Source of the DNA: Balanoglossus misakiensis
Lineage: Eukaryota; Animalia; Hemichordata
Assembly (NCBI GenBank): GCA_040954595.2
Contig: CM082592.2
Location: 3,240,735-3,304,734, forward strand
Length of the DNA: 64,000 nucleotides
Direction: 5' to 3'
Both the position numbers and the translations under genes were made by a program. Shown in pieces: positions 63,835 through 64,000 of the stretch. Numbering within the stretch: the first letter of the stretch is position 1; each line of letters begins with the position of its first letter. Under the pieces are notes generated by a model. The model made no database searches, was not told the origin of the DNA, and was given only the letters and a program-made list of their open reading frames with translations.

Positions 63835-64000
63835 CTGTGAAAAATAGAGTTCAGATCAACTTTTTGAGCTTTATAATTCAAGAAACACATTTTTGCCATG
63901 TATAACATTTTAATTCATGGTTCAAAAATGCCCAGCTTGGTACTTTCGTCACATGATACAACATGAACCATTTTCTGACGCGTATGACACTCTCAACTCA

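Overview
AT-rich, intron-rich animal genomic DNA; the gene and repeat style suggests a marine invertebrate, possibly a deuterostome (inference). In order: the last two exons of prefoldin subunit 2 (+), a decayed TTAA-flanked piggyBac element, an L2 LINE 3' end, a 16.06-kb Mutator/MULE DNA transposon (4067-20124), a complete Janus kinase gene (+, about 1105 aa), a long WD40 gene (+, WDR87/WDR97-like), and the 3' part of an Ig/FN3 single-pass membrane protein gene (-). The main result is the MULE. It has a perfect target-site duplication, ~0.84 kb of apparently identical TIR, and an intact 6-exon DDE/SWIM transposase. It also carries a second, convergent, intact 19-exon gene that by my manual splicing encodes a Ulp1/C48 SUMO-protease + PHD-like finger + animal AP-2 (TFAP2) DNA-binding/dimerisation domain fusion. 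The TIRs carry 83-bp tandem arrays with about 38 copies of TGCCCT(G/C)AGGGCA, which matches the TFAP2 binding palindrome. This suggests a transposon that encodes a deSUMOylase targeted to its own ends, inserted directly upstream of the putative JAK promoter. Gene models were spliced by hand from GT-AG sites and frame continuity; no database searches were run.
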